NCBI GenBank assembly: GCA_033551855.1
Contig: JAWSUI010000073.1
Coordinates: 1-16,549, forward strand
Length of the DNA stretch: 16,549 bases
Direction of reading: 5' to 3'
Origin: Deferrisomatales bacterium
GTDB taxonomy: Bacteria; Desulfobacterota; Deferrisomatia; Deferrisomatales; JACRMM01
Shown here: one piece after another, positions 7,481 through 15,247 of the stretch
Layout of the letters: each line of letters opens with the position of its first letter
Numbering within the stretch: position 1 is the stretch's first letter
Notes under the pieces: generated by a model
The model's input: the letters and a program-made list of their open reading frames with translations, nothing else
The model's database searches: none
Told to the model about the DNA's origin: nothing
Made by a program: the position numbers and the translations under genes

Positions 7481-8770
7481 TCAGTCCCGGGTCGAGGCCT
7501 CGGGATCCCCGGCGAGTGAGCCCTCCTCCACGTGCTCGATCCGCAGGCCCGGGGACCGGGCCAGGTCCACTTCGCCGCCCTCCTCCAATCCGACCACCGG
7601 CGCCAGGGGGGTTTCGGCCCTCGCCTGCGACACCCGCCCCCGGCGGCCGTCGGAGAGGGTGACGCCGGCCCCGGGTCCCACAGCTCCCAAGAGGCGGGCG
7701 AACACGCCGAGGTACCCTTCGTGGAGGGCCCCGCGGTGCCCCTGGTCGAGCATCACGTCGAGGGCGGCGCAGGCACTGCGGGGCGCCTGGTATGCCCGCA
7801 CGGTGCGCAGGGCGTCGTAGACGTCCGCCACGGCCACCAGCAGGCTCGCGGGGTGGGCGGCGCGGACGGAGGGCCGGGGCGGGTAGCCGGAGCCGTCGGC
7901 ACCCAGGTGATGCTGGTAGGCGACGACGGGAAGCAGGGGATCGACTCCCTCGGGAAGGCTCAGGAGCAGGGCGGCCCCCTCGATCGGGTGGCGGTCCATG
8001 ACGGCCTTCTCCGCCGGGTCCAGGCGGCCCCGCTTGTTGAGGATCTCGGGGGGAATCTTCTCCTTGCCGACGTCGTGGCACAGGGCCGCCAGGGACACGG
8101 CGTCCACCAAGCCGGGGGGCATCCCCAGCCCCCGGCACAGGGCGGCCGAGATCACGCACACGTTGAGGGCGTGGGTGAAGGTGTAGTCGTCATGGGCCTT
8201 CAGGTCCCGGATGGGGCTGACGAGCTCCTCCCCGGTCGCCAACTGTGCGGCGATGGCGCGCACGATCTCCCGGGCGCGGGTCAGTCCGCTCGCCTTCTCC
8301 CGGCTGAGGTCCGAGAGCACTTCGCGGACCTGGGGCAGGAGGCTCAGATACCCGGCCGCCGCATGGCCCAGGCGTTCTCCCGAGAGCTTCGGCGGTTCCA
8401 GGGCGAGAGACCCCACACGGATGTTCACGCCCGACCAGCGGTCGGCCTCTCCCGAGGTCACCGCGTCCACCCACGCTTGGAGCTCGTCGGCGCCGGCCCC
8501 CGGGTCCAGGTGCACCCCTTCCCGGCCGGCTTGGGTCACGCACTGGAGCAGCTGCCGGAGGGCCCGGGGCGGGTCCGTCAGGGCCCGGTCTTCCACCAGG
8601 AGATCCTCCCCGACCGCCGCGATGCGCACCCTCCGGCCCCATCGCCCCAGGCTCTCGGCCGCCCTTTGGGCCGCCCGAGCGACCTGGTCGTTGCCCGAGG
8701 GGTAGAGGCTGCGGGCCCGGTAGAGCCCGCCCAGGTCCCGGAGGAACGCCTGCAAGGGGTCCTGGCTCAT
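7481..8770 (-). CDS. HD-GYP domain protein (putative cyclic dinucleotide phosphodiesterase) with an uncharacterised N-terminal domain, 429 aa
   Basis: Motifs HDDYTFTHALNV, AALCHDVGK, ILNKRGRL, RHPIEGA, QHHLGADGSGYP and VADVYDAL. Start MSQDPL has an ATGA overlap with the upstream gene and SD GGAGG. Confidence 0.9.
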   Translation of the reverse strand: MSQDPLQAFLRDLGGLYRARSLYPSGNDQVARAAQRAAESLGRWGRRVRIAAVGEDLLVEDRALTDPPRALRQLLQCVTQAGREGVHLDPGAGADELQAWVDAVTSGEADRWSGVNIRVGSLALEPPKLSGERLGHAAAGYLSLLPQVREVLSDLSREKASGLTRAREIVRAIAAQLATGEELVSPIRDLKAHDDYTFTHALNVCVISAALCRGLGMPPGLVDAVSLAALCHDVGKEKIPPEILNKRGRLDPAEKAVMDRHPIEGAALLLSLPEGVDPLLPVVAYQHHLGADGSGYPPRPSVRAAHPASLLVAVADVYDALRTVRAYQAPRSACAALDVMLDQGHRGALHEGYLGVFARLLGAVGPGAGVTLSDGRRGRVSQARAETPLAPVVGLEEGGEVDLARSPGLRIEHVEEGSLAGDPEASTRD

Positions 8771-10581
8771 CGGCCGCCCTCCTCTGTCGAAGCCCGCTGC
8801 AGCACCCGTTTGGCCAGGGCCCGCTCCTCCGCGAGCCGCCCCCCGGAGCCCGCGGCTTCGCGCAGGGCTGCCCACGCCGCCTCGGTTGCCAGGGTCCCCA
8901 GCGCGAGGATCGCCTCCCGCCGCACCTTGGGGTGGTCGTGCCCCAGCAGGGACCGCAGTACGGGCACGACGGCCTCTTCCCCCTTTCGCCCGAGGGCGAT
9001 GGCCAGGTTCCGGGAGACGTACCACGGCGCGCTGCGGACGCGGCTCACCAGGGATGGCGTCGCGGCGGGGGAGAATGCCGAGAGAAGCTCCACGAGGAAC
9101 CGCCGTCCGGCGATGCTCTCTTCCTCCCCGAGGATGCGCAGGGCCGTGTCCAGGAGGACCCGCTCGTGTCTCCGGCCGAAGGCTAGCAGCGCCTCCCGGT
9201 CCCCCGGGCCGAGGCGCCGCAGGTGCCGGAGCAGGCTGCGCAGCAGGCGATCCAGCAGGGCCGGGCGGGTTTCGAGCAGGTCGGGGCTCTCGGCGTCGAG
9301 CTCCCCGAGGAGCCCCAGTAGCGCGCGAGGCGCCAGGGTCTGGGCGCGGACATCGACCCGGTCCAGGAACCTCGGGACCCAGCGGTCCGGGTCGTCCAAG
9401 GCGAGCCCCAGGACGACGCGGTCGAGGTGCCGCTCCGGATCGTCGGCGACGCCCGGCTCCTCGGTCGCCTCGGCCTCCCCCGGGACCCCGGCCAGGCTCT
9501 CGAGGGAGGAGCTGTACTCGTCCCCCATGAACGCCCCTTCCTGGGCGTCCAGCAGGAAGTGCTCCACGGTTTCCCAGACCTCCGCCGTGAACCCGGTCTT
9601 CCCGGGGGACGCCAGGCGGGCATCGACCACGGACAGGAGCTCTCCGGCCTGCCCCTGGGCCAGGCGCCCGTAGACCTCTGCGAGCCTTCGGGTATTGCGC
9701 CCCTCCCGGTCCACCAGGGCTGCCAGGAGGTCCACGAGCCGCTCCCCCTGGAAGGAGTCCTCCAGGACCCCGGAGACCGGCCCCTCGAGGATGCCCGTTG
9801 CTTCCGCTGCCCCCAGGATGCCGGCCAGGTCCCGGGGGGAGAGCTCGCGCCCGACCCGGGCCAACCGGTCGAGGACCTTGTCGCGCTGGCCGGGGGGAAG
9901 GTGCTCCAGGGCGGCGGAGAGGCGCTCCCCCAGGCGAAAGAGCACCTGGCCGGGCCTCGGCGCTTCCGCCCCGTCGGGGTCGCCTTCGGACGAGGCCTCC
10001 CAGAAGGCGTCGGACGTGAGGAAACCCGCGATCTGCTCCGGCGAGGCCGCTCCCTTGAGGAGCCACTGCCACGCCTGCCGGCCCCCCGCCTCCCGCGCGT
10101 CGGCCGCCTTCCCCTCCCGGAAGGAGTCGTGGATCCGGTGGAGCTCGAGCGGCTCCAGGTCCATGGCCGAGACTCCCCGCTGGCGCAGCGCGGCGGTCAG
10201 GCCGTCCCCGGAGAGTCCCCTCGCCCCGAGGACCTCGGCGAGGCGGACGGCCTCCTCGGGTTCCGCGCCCTGTGCCCAAGTGAGCCGAAGCACGCGCCGG
10301 CCGTGGAGGCGGGCGGCGAGCTCGGCGGCACGGCTTCCCGGGCCGCCGGCGAAGTGCGGCCCGGATACGAGCTCTCTGGCGGTGACGCCGAGCAGGAGGG
10401 GGCCGGGCAGGGAGGTGCCGACCATGGCGGTCAGGCGCGAGGCGAGGCCCAGGAGGAAGGGGTGGCCGGGGGGGTATACCCGCACCGCCCGGACCAGGGC
10501 CAGGAGGTCGCGGGAAAATGCCTCCAGGGGCCCGGAGAGGGGTTCGGAATCGGATTTCGAGCCGAGCCGGTCGGCTTCCAT
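8767..10581 (-). CDS. HEAT-repeat domain protein with N-terminal YPxGHP module, 604 aa
   Basis: C-terminal HEAT-like repeats WYVSRNLAIALGRKG and LLGHDHPKVRREAILALGTL, with an alpha-helical Leu/Ala/Arg/Glu-rich composition. Translationally coupled to the HD-GYP gene. Confidence 0.82.
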   Translation of the reverse strand: MEADRLGSKSDSEPLSGPLEAFSRDLLALVRAVRVYPPGHPFLLGLASRLTAMVGTSLPGPLLLGVTARELVSGPHFAGGPGSRAAELAARLHGRRVLRLTWAQGAEPEEAVRLAEVLGARGLSGDGLTAALRQRGVSAMDLEPLELHRIHDSFREGKAADAREAGGRQAWQWLLKGAASPEQIAGFLTSDAFWEASSEGDPDGAEAPRPGQVLFRLGERLSAALEHLPPGQRDKVLDRLARVGRELSPRDLAGILGAAEATGILEGPVSGVLEDSFQGERLVDLLAALVDREGRNTRRLAEVYGRLAQGQAGELLSVVDARLASPGKTGFTAEVWETVEHFLLDAQEGAFMGDEYSSSLESLAGVPGEAEATEEPGVADDPERHLDRVVLGLALDDPDRWVPRFLDRVDVRAQTLAPRALLGLLGELDAESPDLLETRPALLDRLLRSLLRHLRRLGPGDREALLAFGRRHERVLLDTALRILGEEESIAGRRFLVELLSAFSPAATPSLVSRVRSAPWYVSRNLAIALGRKGEEAVVPVLRSLLGHDHPKVRREAILALGTLATEAAWAALREAAGSGGRLAEERALAKRVLQRASTEEGGR

Positions 10582-10650
10582 GTTGTCGCCTGTGCCGTTT
10601 CCGGGGGGGGAACCCGCCCTGGCGCCGCGGGGGACGGGGGAGGCGGCCCC

Positions 10651-10678
10651 ATTCTGCCACGGGTGGCGTCCCGCACAA
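10651..10678 (-). promoter_or_regulatory. Possible sigma70-type promoter for the HEAT/HD-GYP pair
   Basis: Minus-strand TTGTGC (10678-10673), 16-nt spacer ending in TGG (extended -10 TGn), then CAGAAT (10656-10651), about 70 nt upstream of the ATG. Confidence 0.35.
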
Positions 10679-10705
10679 GAAAGGCCCAGCCGGGAAACGG
10701 CCGGG
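10677..10705 (-). terminator. Putative intrinsic terminator downstream of the RraA-family gene
   Basis: Minus-strand 8-bp stem CCCGGCCG-TTTCC-CGGCTGGG (one G-U) followed by CCTTTCTT. Confidence 0.5.
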
Positions 10706-10750
10706 TGGGTCCGCCCACTCCGGCGGTTGATGCCGGACGACCCGCGGCGG

Positions 10751-11425
10751 CTACAAGGCCCCGTGGCGGGCCAGGGCCTCCAAGAGCTTCACGCCGCCGA
10801 GGATGTCCCGGCGGGCCCCCTGGTCCTTGGCCTCCCATGCCGCCGCGAGCTCCGCCACCCGCCCCGCGAGGCTGGCCGGCACGGCGATGGCGCCGTCGTC
10901 GTCGGCCACCAGGAGGTCCCCCGGGTACACGGTCACCCAGTCGGCCAGGGCCCCCCGGACCCGAACCGGAACCTGTGCGGCCGTCACCTTCCACCGGCCG
11001 ATGGCTTGGGAGGGGGTGCGGTACCGCACGAGCATCGGCAGCTCGAGGCTGCGTAGGTAGGCGAGGTCTCGGACTCCCCCGTCTACGATCACGCCGGTCA
11101 CTCCGCGGCACTTCATGGCGGAGGCCAGGAGGTCGCCGAAGCAGCAGACGCCGAGGATGTCCCCCCCGGCCCACAGGGCGACCGAACCCGCGGGCATGTC
11201 GTCGATGGCCTGGAGCTTCTCCCGGTCACCCCGGTTCGGCCCCAGGCGGCTAGTGCCCTCCACGGTGTACGCCGGGCCGGCGAAGGAGGTCCCCGGGCCG
11301 CGGGTGGGCCAGAGGTCGTTGGCAAGGGTCGGGGGTGTCAGGCCGAGATTGTCGAACACGTCGGAGATCACGGCGGTGCCGGATCTCCGGAGTGCCTCCG
11401 CGGTGTCTTGGGCGGAGTGGGCCAT
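10751..11425 (-). CDS. RraA family protein (HMG/CHA aldolase-like / oxaloacetate decarboxylase), 224 aa
   Basis: Motifs TAVISDVFD, FAGPAYTV, FGDLLA...RGVTGVIVDGGVRD and VYPGDLLVADDDGAIAVP. SD GGAGG lies before ATG 11425. Confidence 0.9.
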   Translation of the reverse strand: MAHSAQDTAEALRRSGTAVISDVFDNLGLTPPTLANDLWPTRGPGTSFAGPAYTVEGTSRLGPNRGDREKLQAIDDMPAGSVALWAGGDILGVCCFGDLLASAMKCRGVTGVIVDGGVRDLAYLRSLELPMLVRYRTPSQAIGRWKVTAAQVPVRVRGALADWVTVYPGDLLVADDDGAIAVPASLAGRVAELAAAWEAKDQGARRDILGGVKLLEALARHGAL

Positions 11426-11460
11426 GGGGATGCCTCCGAGGGAAACCGATGGGTCGGGGC

Positions 11461-12060
11461 TCAGGCCGTGAGCAGCCGGAGGCGGATGGCCTTGGCGGCC
11501 TCCAGCAGGGCGTCGGCTGCTGCGCGCAGCTGCTGCTCCGTGAGGGTCACGTGATCCCCCTCCCGGAACATCTTCACCTTGCCCCCCGGGTAGGAGAGCT
11601 CGAGCTCCCGAAGCCCCGCGGCGTCCAGGGCGGCTCGGTCGAGGCGGCCGCCCTGGAGCGCCGCCCGGTGGAGCTGCAGGAGCAGGCCGAACGCCGCCGG
11701 CATCTTGGCCAGGGCGCCAGGGGCGCCGGCGAGCTCCTCCACGGCGGCGGGCGTGGCCGGCAGGGGCGGGAGGTGGGGCAGCTCCAGGGCCCTGGCCAGG
11801 AAGACGCGGAAATGGTCCCCCATGGCGAGGACGGTCACGTCGGAGAGGCGGTCTTCCCCCTGCTGGAGGGCCTCGACCAGGAGCTCGAGCTCGTCCCTCC
11901 CGCTCCCCCGCCCTGCAGGGAGGCTCGCCCCCCCGTGGGTGAGATCCCCCACCTTTTTCGTGGCCAGCCGGAGGCCGTAGGCGGCCGCCCGCACAAACGC
12001 GACCAGGCCCTCGAGGGCCTCTTCCAGGGCCCCCACGGCCCTCTCGGTGTCGGTTCCCAT
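11461..12060 (-). CDS. Hypothetical all-helical protein, possibly a HEPN-like fold lacking the RxxxxH motif, 199 aa
   Basis: SD AGGAG lies before ATG 12060, codon usage is host-like and the ORF fills the gap between rraA and uvrC. The C-terminal G-RLD...EGDHVTLTEQQL..AA..L pattern is reminiscent of HEPN families (tentative). Confidence 0.7.
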   Translation of the reverse strand: MGTDTERAVGALEEALEGLVAFVRAAAYGLRLATKKVGDLTHGGASLPAGRGSGRDELELLVEALQQGEDRLSDVTVLAMGDHFRVFLARALELPHLPPLPATPAAVEELAGAPGALAKMPAAFGLLLQLHRAALQGGRLDRAALDAAGLRELELSYPGGKVKMFREGDHVTLTEQQLRAAADALLEAAKAIRLRLLTA

Positions 12061-12127
12061 CCCCGCTCCTCCCGCGTCTCGCTCCGAGTCTGGCCCGATG
12101 GCCGGGGCGGCGGGTACTATACCCGGC

Positions 12128-14002
12128 ATGGACCTGCACGAAAAGGTGAGCCGCTTCCCGCCCCGCCCCGGGGTGTACCGGATGCTGGACAGCCAGGGGA
12201 GGGTCCTGTACGTGGGCAAGGCCAAGGACCTTCGGGCCCGGGTGCGCACGTACCTGCGCGAGGGCGGCGACGGCCGCCCTCGCGCTCGGTTCCTCATGGC
12301 CCGGGTGGCGGATATCGAGTATCTCGTTACCGACACCGAGAAGGAGGCGCTGATCCTCGAGAACACCCTGATCAAGCGCCATCGTCCGCGGTACAACGTG
12401 AACCTGCGGGACGACAAGACGTACCTGAGCCTGCGCTTGGACGTCCAGAGCCCCTTCCCCCGGCTGACCATGGTGCGTCAGGTCGTGCGGGACGGGGCTC
12501 TCTACTTCGGGCCCTACTCCTCCGCCCGCGGTCTGAGGGAGACCGTGGAACTGGTGCAGCGCCTCTTCCCCCTGCGCCAGTGCTCCGACGCGGGGTTCCA
12601 GGCCCGGTCGCGCCCCTGCCTCTACTGTCAGATTCGGGGGTGCACGGCCCCCTGCTGCGGTCTCGTGGAGCCGGCGGAGTACCGGCGGGTCGTGGACCAG
12701 GTGGTGCTCTTTCTGCGGGGTCGGTCCAGGGAGCTCGTGGGCGAGCTGCGTCGGGGGATGGAGGCCGCCGCGGACCGGCTGGACTTCGAGGAGGCGGCCC
12801 GGCTGCGAGACCGGCTCCGGGCCGTGGAGCTGACCCTCCAGCGCCAGAAGGCCGTGACCCACCGCCCCGTGGACCGGGACGTCGTGGCCCTGGTGCGGGA
12901 GGGGCAGGAAGCCCAGGCGGCAGTGCTGGTCGTCCGCGCCGGGCACCTGATCGACCGGCGGGCATACTACCTGGGGGACCTGCAGGGGGAGGACTCGGAG
13001 GTGGCCGCCCAGTTCCTGCAGCAGTACTACCGGGGGGACCGGATCGTCCCCCCCGAGGTTCTGGTGGGTTCGGCCCTGGATGCGGGGGACCGCTCCCTCC
13101 TGGAGGATTGGCTGGGGGAGAAGCGGGGGCGCAGGGTTTCGGTCCTCACCCCCAGAAGAGGGGAGAAGGCCGAGCTGGTGACCATGGCCCGGGACAACGC
13201 CCGGCTGCTCCTGGACGAGCGGCGTCGCACCAAGGTGGGCTGGGACGCCGCCCTGGCGGAGCTCCAGGCGCGCCTGCACCTGCCGACCCCCCCCCGCAGG
13301 ATCGAGTGCTACGACATCTCCAACTCCCAGGGCCGTGAGGCGGTCGGGAGCATGGTCGCCTTCGCCGGCGGCACGCCCCGGAAGGAAGGATACCGGCGCT
13401 TCGTGGTGCGCACCGTGGCCGGTTCCGACGATTTCGCCATGCTCTACGAGGTCCTGTCCCGCCGCCTCGCCCGTCGGGGGGACGAGCGGTGGGAGCTCCC
13501 GGACCTCCTCGTGGTGGACGGAGGCCGGGGGCAGCTCGCGGTGGCCGAGCGGGCCCTCTCCGACGCCGGCGTGGCCCTTCCGGCGGTGGCCCTGGCCAAG
13601 GCGCGGCCGCTCCCGGGGGGCGGGCAGGCGGTGGAGCACAGTCCGGAGCGGGTATTCCTCCCGGGCAGGGTCAACCCGGTGATCCTGCCCCGCAGCTCCT
13701 CGGCGCTCTTCCTGCTCCAGCGCCTGCGCGACGAGGCCCACCGGTTCGCCCTCTCCCACCACCGCAGCCGCCGCACTCGGGCCGCCTTCGCGTCGGTCCT
13801 CGAGGGGATCCCGGGCCTCGGGGACAAGCGCCGCAAGGCCTTACTGCGGCACTTCGGGAGTGTCAAGCGCCTGGGAGCCGCGTCGGCGGAGGACATCGCC
13901 GCCGTCCCCGGGATCTCCGACGCCCTTGCCCGGCGGGTGGCCGAACGGCTCTCCGCCGACCCCGTTGGCCCCCCAGCGCCGGCCGGGAAGGGTCACCAGT
14001 AG
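12128..14002 (+). CDS. uvrC: Excinuclease ABC subunit C, 624 aa
   Basis: GIY-YIG domain (PGVYRM...VLYVGKAKDLRARV), four-Cys cluster (C...CLYCQIRGCTAPC), UVR domain (LDFEEAARLRD), RNase H-like domain (IECYDISN, VVDGGRGQL, RDEAHRFA) and HhH (GIPGLGDKR). Confidence 0.97.
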   Translation: MDLHEKVSRFPPRPGVYRMLDSQGRVLYVGKAKDLRARVRTYLREGGDGRPRARFLMARVADIEYLVTDTEKEALILENTLIKRHRPRYNVNLRDDKTYLSLRLDVQSPFPRLTMVRQVVRDGALYFGPYSSARGLRETVELVQRLFPLRQCSDAGFQARSRPCLYCQIRGCTAPCCGLVEPAEYRRVVDQVVLFLRGRSRELVGELRRGMEAAADRLDFEEAARLRDRLRAVELTLQRQKAVTHRPVDRDVVALVREGQEAQAAVLVVRAGHLIDRRAYYLGDLQGEDSEVAAQFLQQYYRGDRIVPPEVLVGSALDAGDRSLLEDWLGEKRGRRVSVLTPRRGEKAELVTMARDNARLLLDERRRTKVGWDAALAELQARLHLPTPPRRIECYDISNSQGREAVGSMVAFAGGTPRKEGYRRFVVRTVAGSDDFAMLYEVLSRRLARRGDERWELPDLLVVDGGRGQLAVAERALSDAGVALPAVALAKARPLPGGGQAVEHSPERVFLPGRVNPVILPRSSSALFLLQRLRDEAHRFALSHHRSRRTRAAFASVLEGIPGLGDKRRKALLRHFGSVKRLGAASAEDIAAVPGISDALARRVAERLSADPVGPPAPAGKGHQ

Positions 14003-14964
14003 GCCAGCCCCACCCTGCGCCGTACGTCGGCCAGCGTCACCTCCGCCACCGCCCGGGCCTTGGCGGCCCCGGCGCCCAGGATCTCCAGGACCTCCCCGGG
14101 CCTCTTGAGGAGCTCCTCCCTGCGGGCCCGGTGGGGCTCGAAGTGGTTCCAGACCACCTCGATGAGCTCTTTCTTCACGTCCGAATACCGAAGGCCCGGG
14201 GCCAGGTACCGGCCCCGGAGCTCGGCGACCCGGGGCGGGGTCAGGAAGAGGCGGTACAGGGCGAAGAGGTTGCACGCGTCCGGATTCTTCGGCTCCGCGA
14301 CGGGGGTCGCGTCGGTGACCACCGACATGACGGTCCTCTCCAGGGTCTTCCGGTCCGTGAAGATGTCGATGGTGTTCCCGTAGGACTTGGACATCTTTTG
14401 GCCGTCCACCCCGGGGATGACGGCCAGGTCCTCGTCGATCTCCGCCTCGGGGACCAAGAAGGTTTCCCCGAAGGCGGCGTTGAACTTCTGCGCCAGATCC
14501 CGGGTGACCTCCAGGTGCTGTTTCTGGTCTCTGCCCACCGGCACCGCGTGGGACTGGTAGAGCAGGATGTCCGCGGCCATGAGCACCGGGTAGGCGAACA
14601 GCGCATGGTTGGCGGCCACGCCTTTGGCTACCTTGTCCTTGTAGGAGTGGCAACGCTCGAGCAGCCCCACGGGGGCCAGGGTGGACAGGATCCAGGTGAG
14701 CTCCTGAACCTCCGGCACGTCCGACTGGACCCAGAAGGTGGACTTGTCCGGGTCCATCCCCAGGGCGAGGAAGGACACCGCGGCGTCCAGGGTGCCACGG
14801 GCCAGGGCCTGGCCGTCGTCGAGGGAGGTCATGGCGTGGTAGTTGGCGATGAAGCAGAAGAGGTCCGCCTCCTCCTGGTAGGCGATCATCTGGCGCATCA
14901 TCCCGAAGTAGTTCCCGATGTGGAGGGCCCCGGAGGGCTGGATTCCCGAGAGCACGCGCTTCAT
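13993..14964 (-). CDS. trpS: Tryptophan--tRNA ligase, 323 aa
   Basis: SGIQPSGALHIGNY (HIGH-type), YPVLMAADILLY, VPVGRDQKQHLE and KMSKS. SD AGGAGA lies upstream. Confidence 0.97.
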   Translation of the reverse strand: MKRVLSGIQPSGALHIGNYFGMMRQMIAYQEEADLFCFIANYHAMTSLDDGQALARGTLDAAVSFLALGMDPDKSTFWVQSDVPEVQELTWILSTLAPVGLLERCHSYKDKVAKGVAANHALFAYPVLMAADILLYQSHAVPVGRDQKQHLEVTRDLAQKFNAAFGETFLVPEAEIDEDLAVIPGVDGQKMSKSYGNTIDIFTDRKTLERTVMSVVTDATPVAEPKNPDACNLFALYRLFLTPPRVAELRGRYLAPGLRYSDVKKELIEVVWNHFEPHRARREELLKRPGEVLEILGAGAAKARAVAEVTLADVRRRVGLAYW

Positions 14965-15045
14965 GGTGTTTCTCCTGTGTTCCGGTCCGGGGGGAGGTCG
15001 GGGAAGAAGCCGTCGGGATCCTCCGGGACCGCGGCTCCAGACGGC

Positions 15046-15073
15046 GAAGGCCGCGGGACGGGACCCGCGGCCT
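15046..15073 (-). terminator. Attenuator terminator hairpin in the trpS leader
   Basis: Perfect 10-bp stem AGGCCGCGGG-TCCCGT-CCCGCGGCCT on the minus strand, followed by only a weak pyrimidine tail (TCGCCGTCT). Confidence 0.65.
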
Positions 15074-15105
15074 GGGCGACGTGCGTGCTCCGCCGGGCGG
15101 TCCCT

Positions 15106-15174
15106 TCAGGGCGAGGGCTGGCGGCGCCAGCAGCAGCGGCGGAGAGTCGAAACGGGGCAGGCGTCGGCGGTCAT
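15106..15174 (-). CDS. Putative trpS leader peptide MTADACPVSTLRRCCWRRQPSP (22 aa), probably leaderless
   Basis: The ATG lies 6 nt downstream of the -10 box with no SD. A Trp codon sits at 15129-15127. The ORF lies between the promoter and the terminator hairpin upstream of trpS. Confidence 0.7.
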   Translation of the reverse strand: MTADACPVSTLRRCCWRRQPSP

Positions 15175-15180
15175 GGCGGT

Positions 15181-15210
15181 GGGATAGCAGGAACCGCTGT
15201 CCGGTGTCAA
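15181..15210 (-). promoter_or_regulatory. Sigma70-type promoter of the trpS leader
   Basis: Perfect TTGACA (15210-15205), 18-nt spacer ending in TGC (extended -10 TGn), then TATCCC (15186-15181). Confidence 0.65.
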
Positions 15211-15247
15211 CGGGGGAAGCGAGCACGGGGGAAGCGAGACACGGGGG
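15210..15247. repeat. Tandem direct repeat ACGGGGGAAGCGAG x2 plus a partial third copy
   Basis: Identical 14-mers at 15210-15223 and 15225-15238, and ACGGGGG at 15241-15247. Confidence 0.85.

Noticed and set aside
7481..10678. 1065-aa ORF from the track
   Set aside because: Only the C-terminal 429 aa (from MSQDPL) are protein-like. The upstream part is Pro/Arg/Gly-rich off-frame read-through of the HEAT gene, typical of high-GC DNA.
10751..13762. 1003-aa minus-strand ORF
   Set aside because: It is an antisense shadow of uvrC and an off-frame read of the hypothetical gene, joined to the real RraA gene that starts at 11425 with its own SD.
13993..14964. Indolmycin-resistant auxiliary TrpRS
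   Set aside because: The His whose replacement by Asn is associated with resistance appears retained (IANYHAMT), and no antibiotic cluster is nearby.
14965..15210. T-box riboswitch upstream of trpS
   Set aside because: No T-box consensus (AAnnnnGGTGGnACCGC) or stem I motifs are visible. The leader-peptide attenuator explains the region better.
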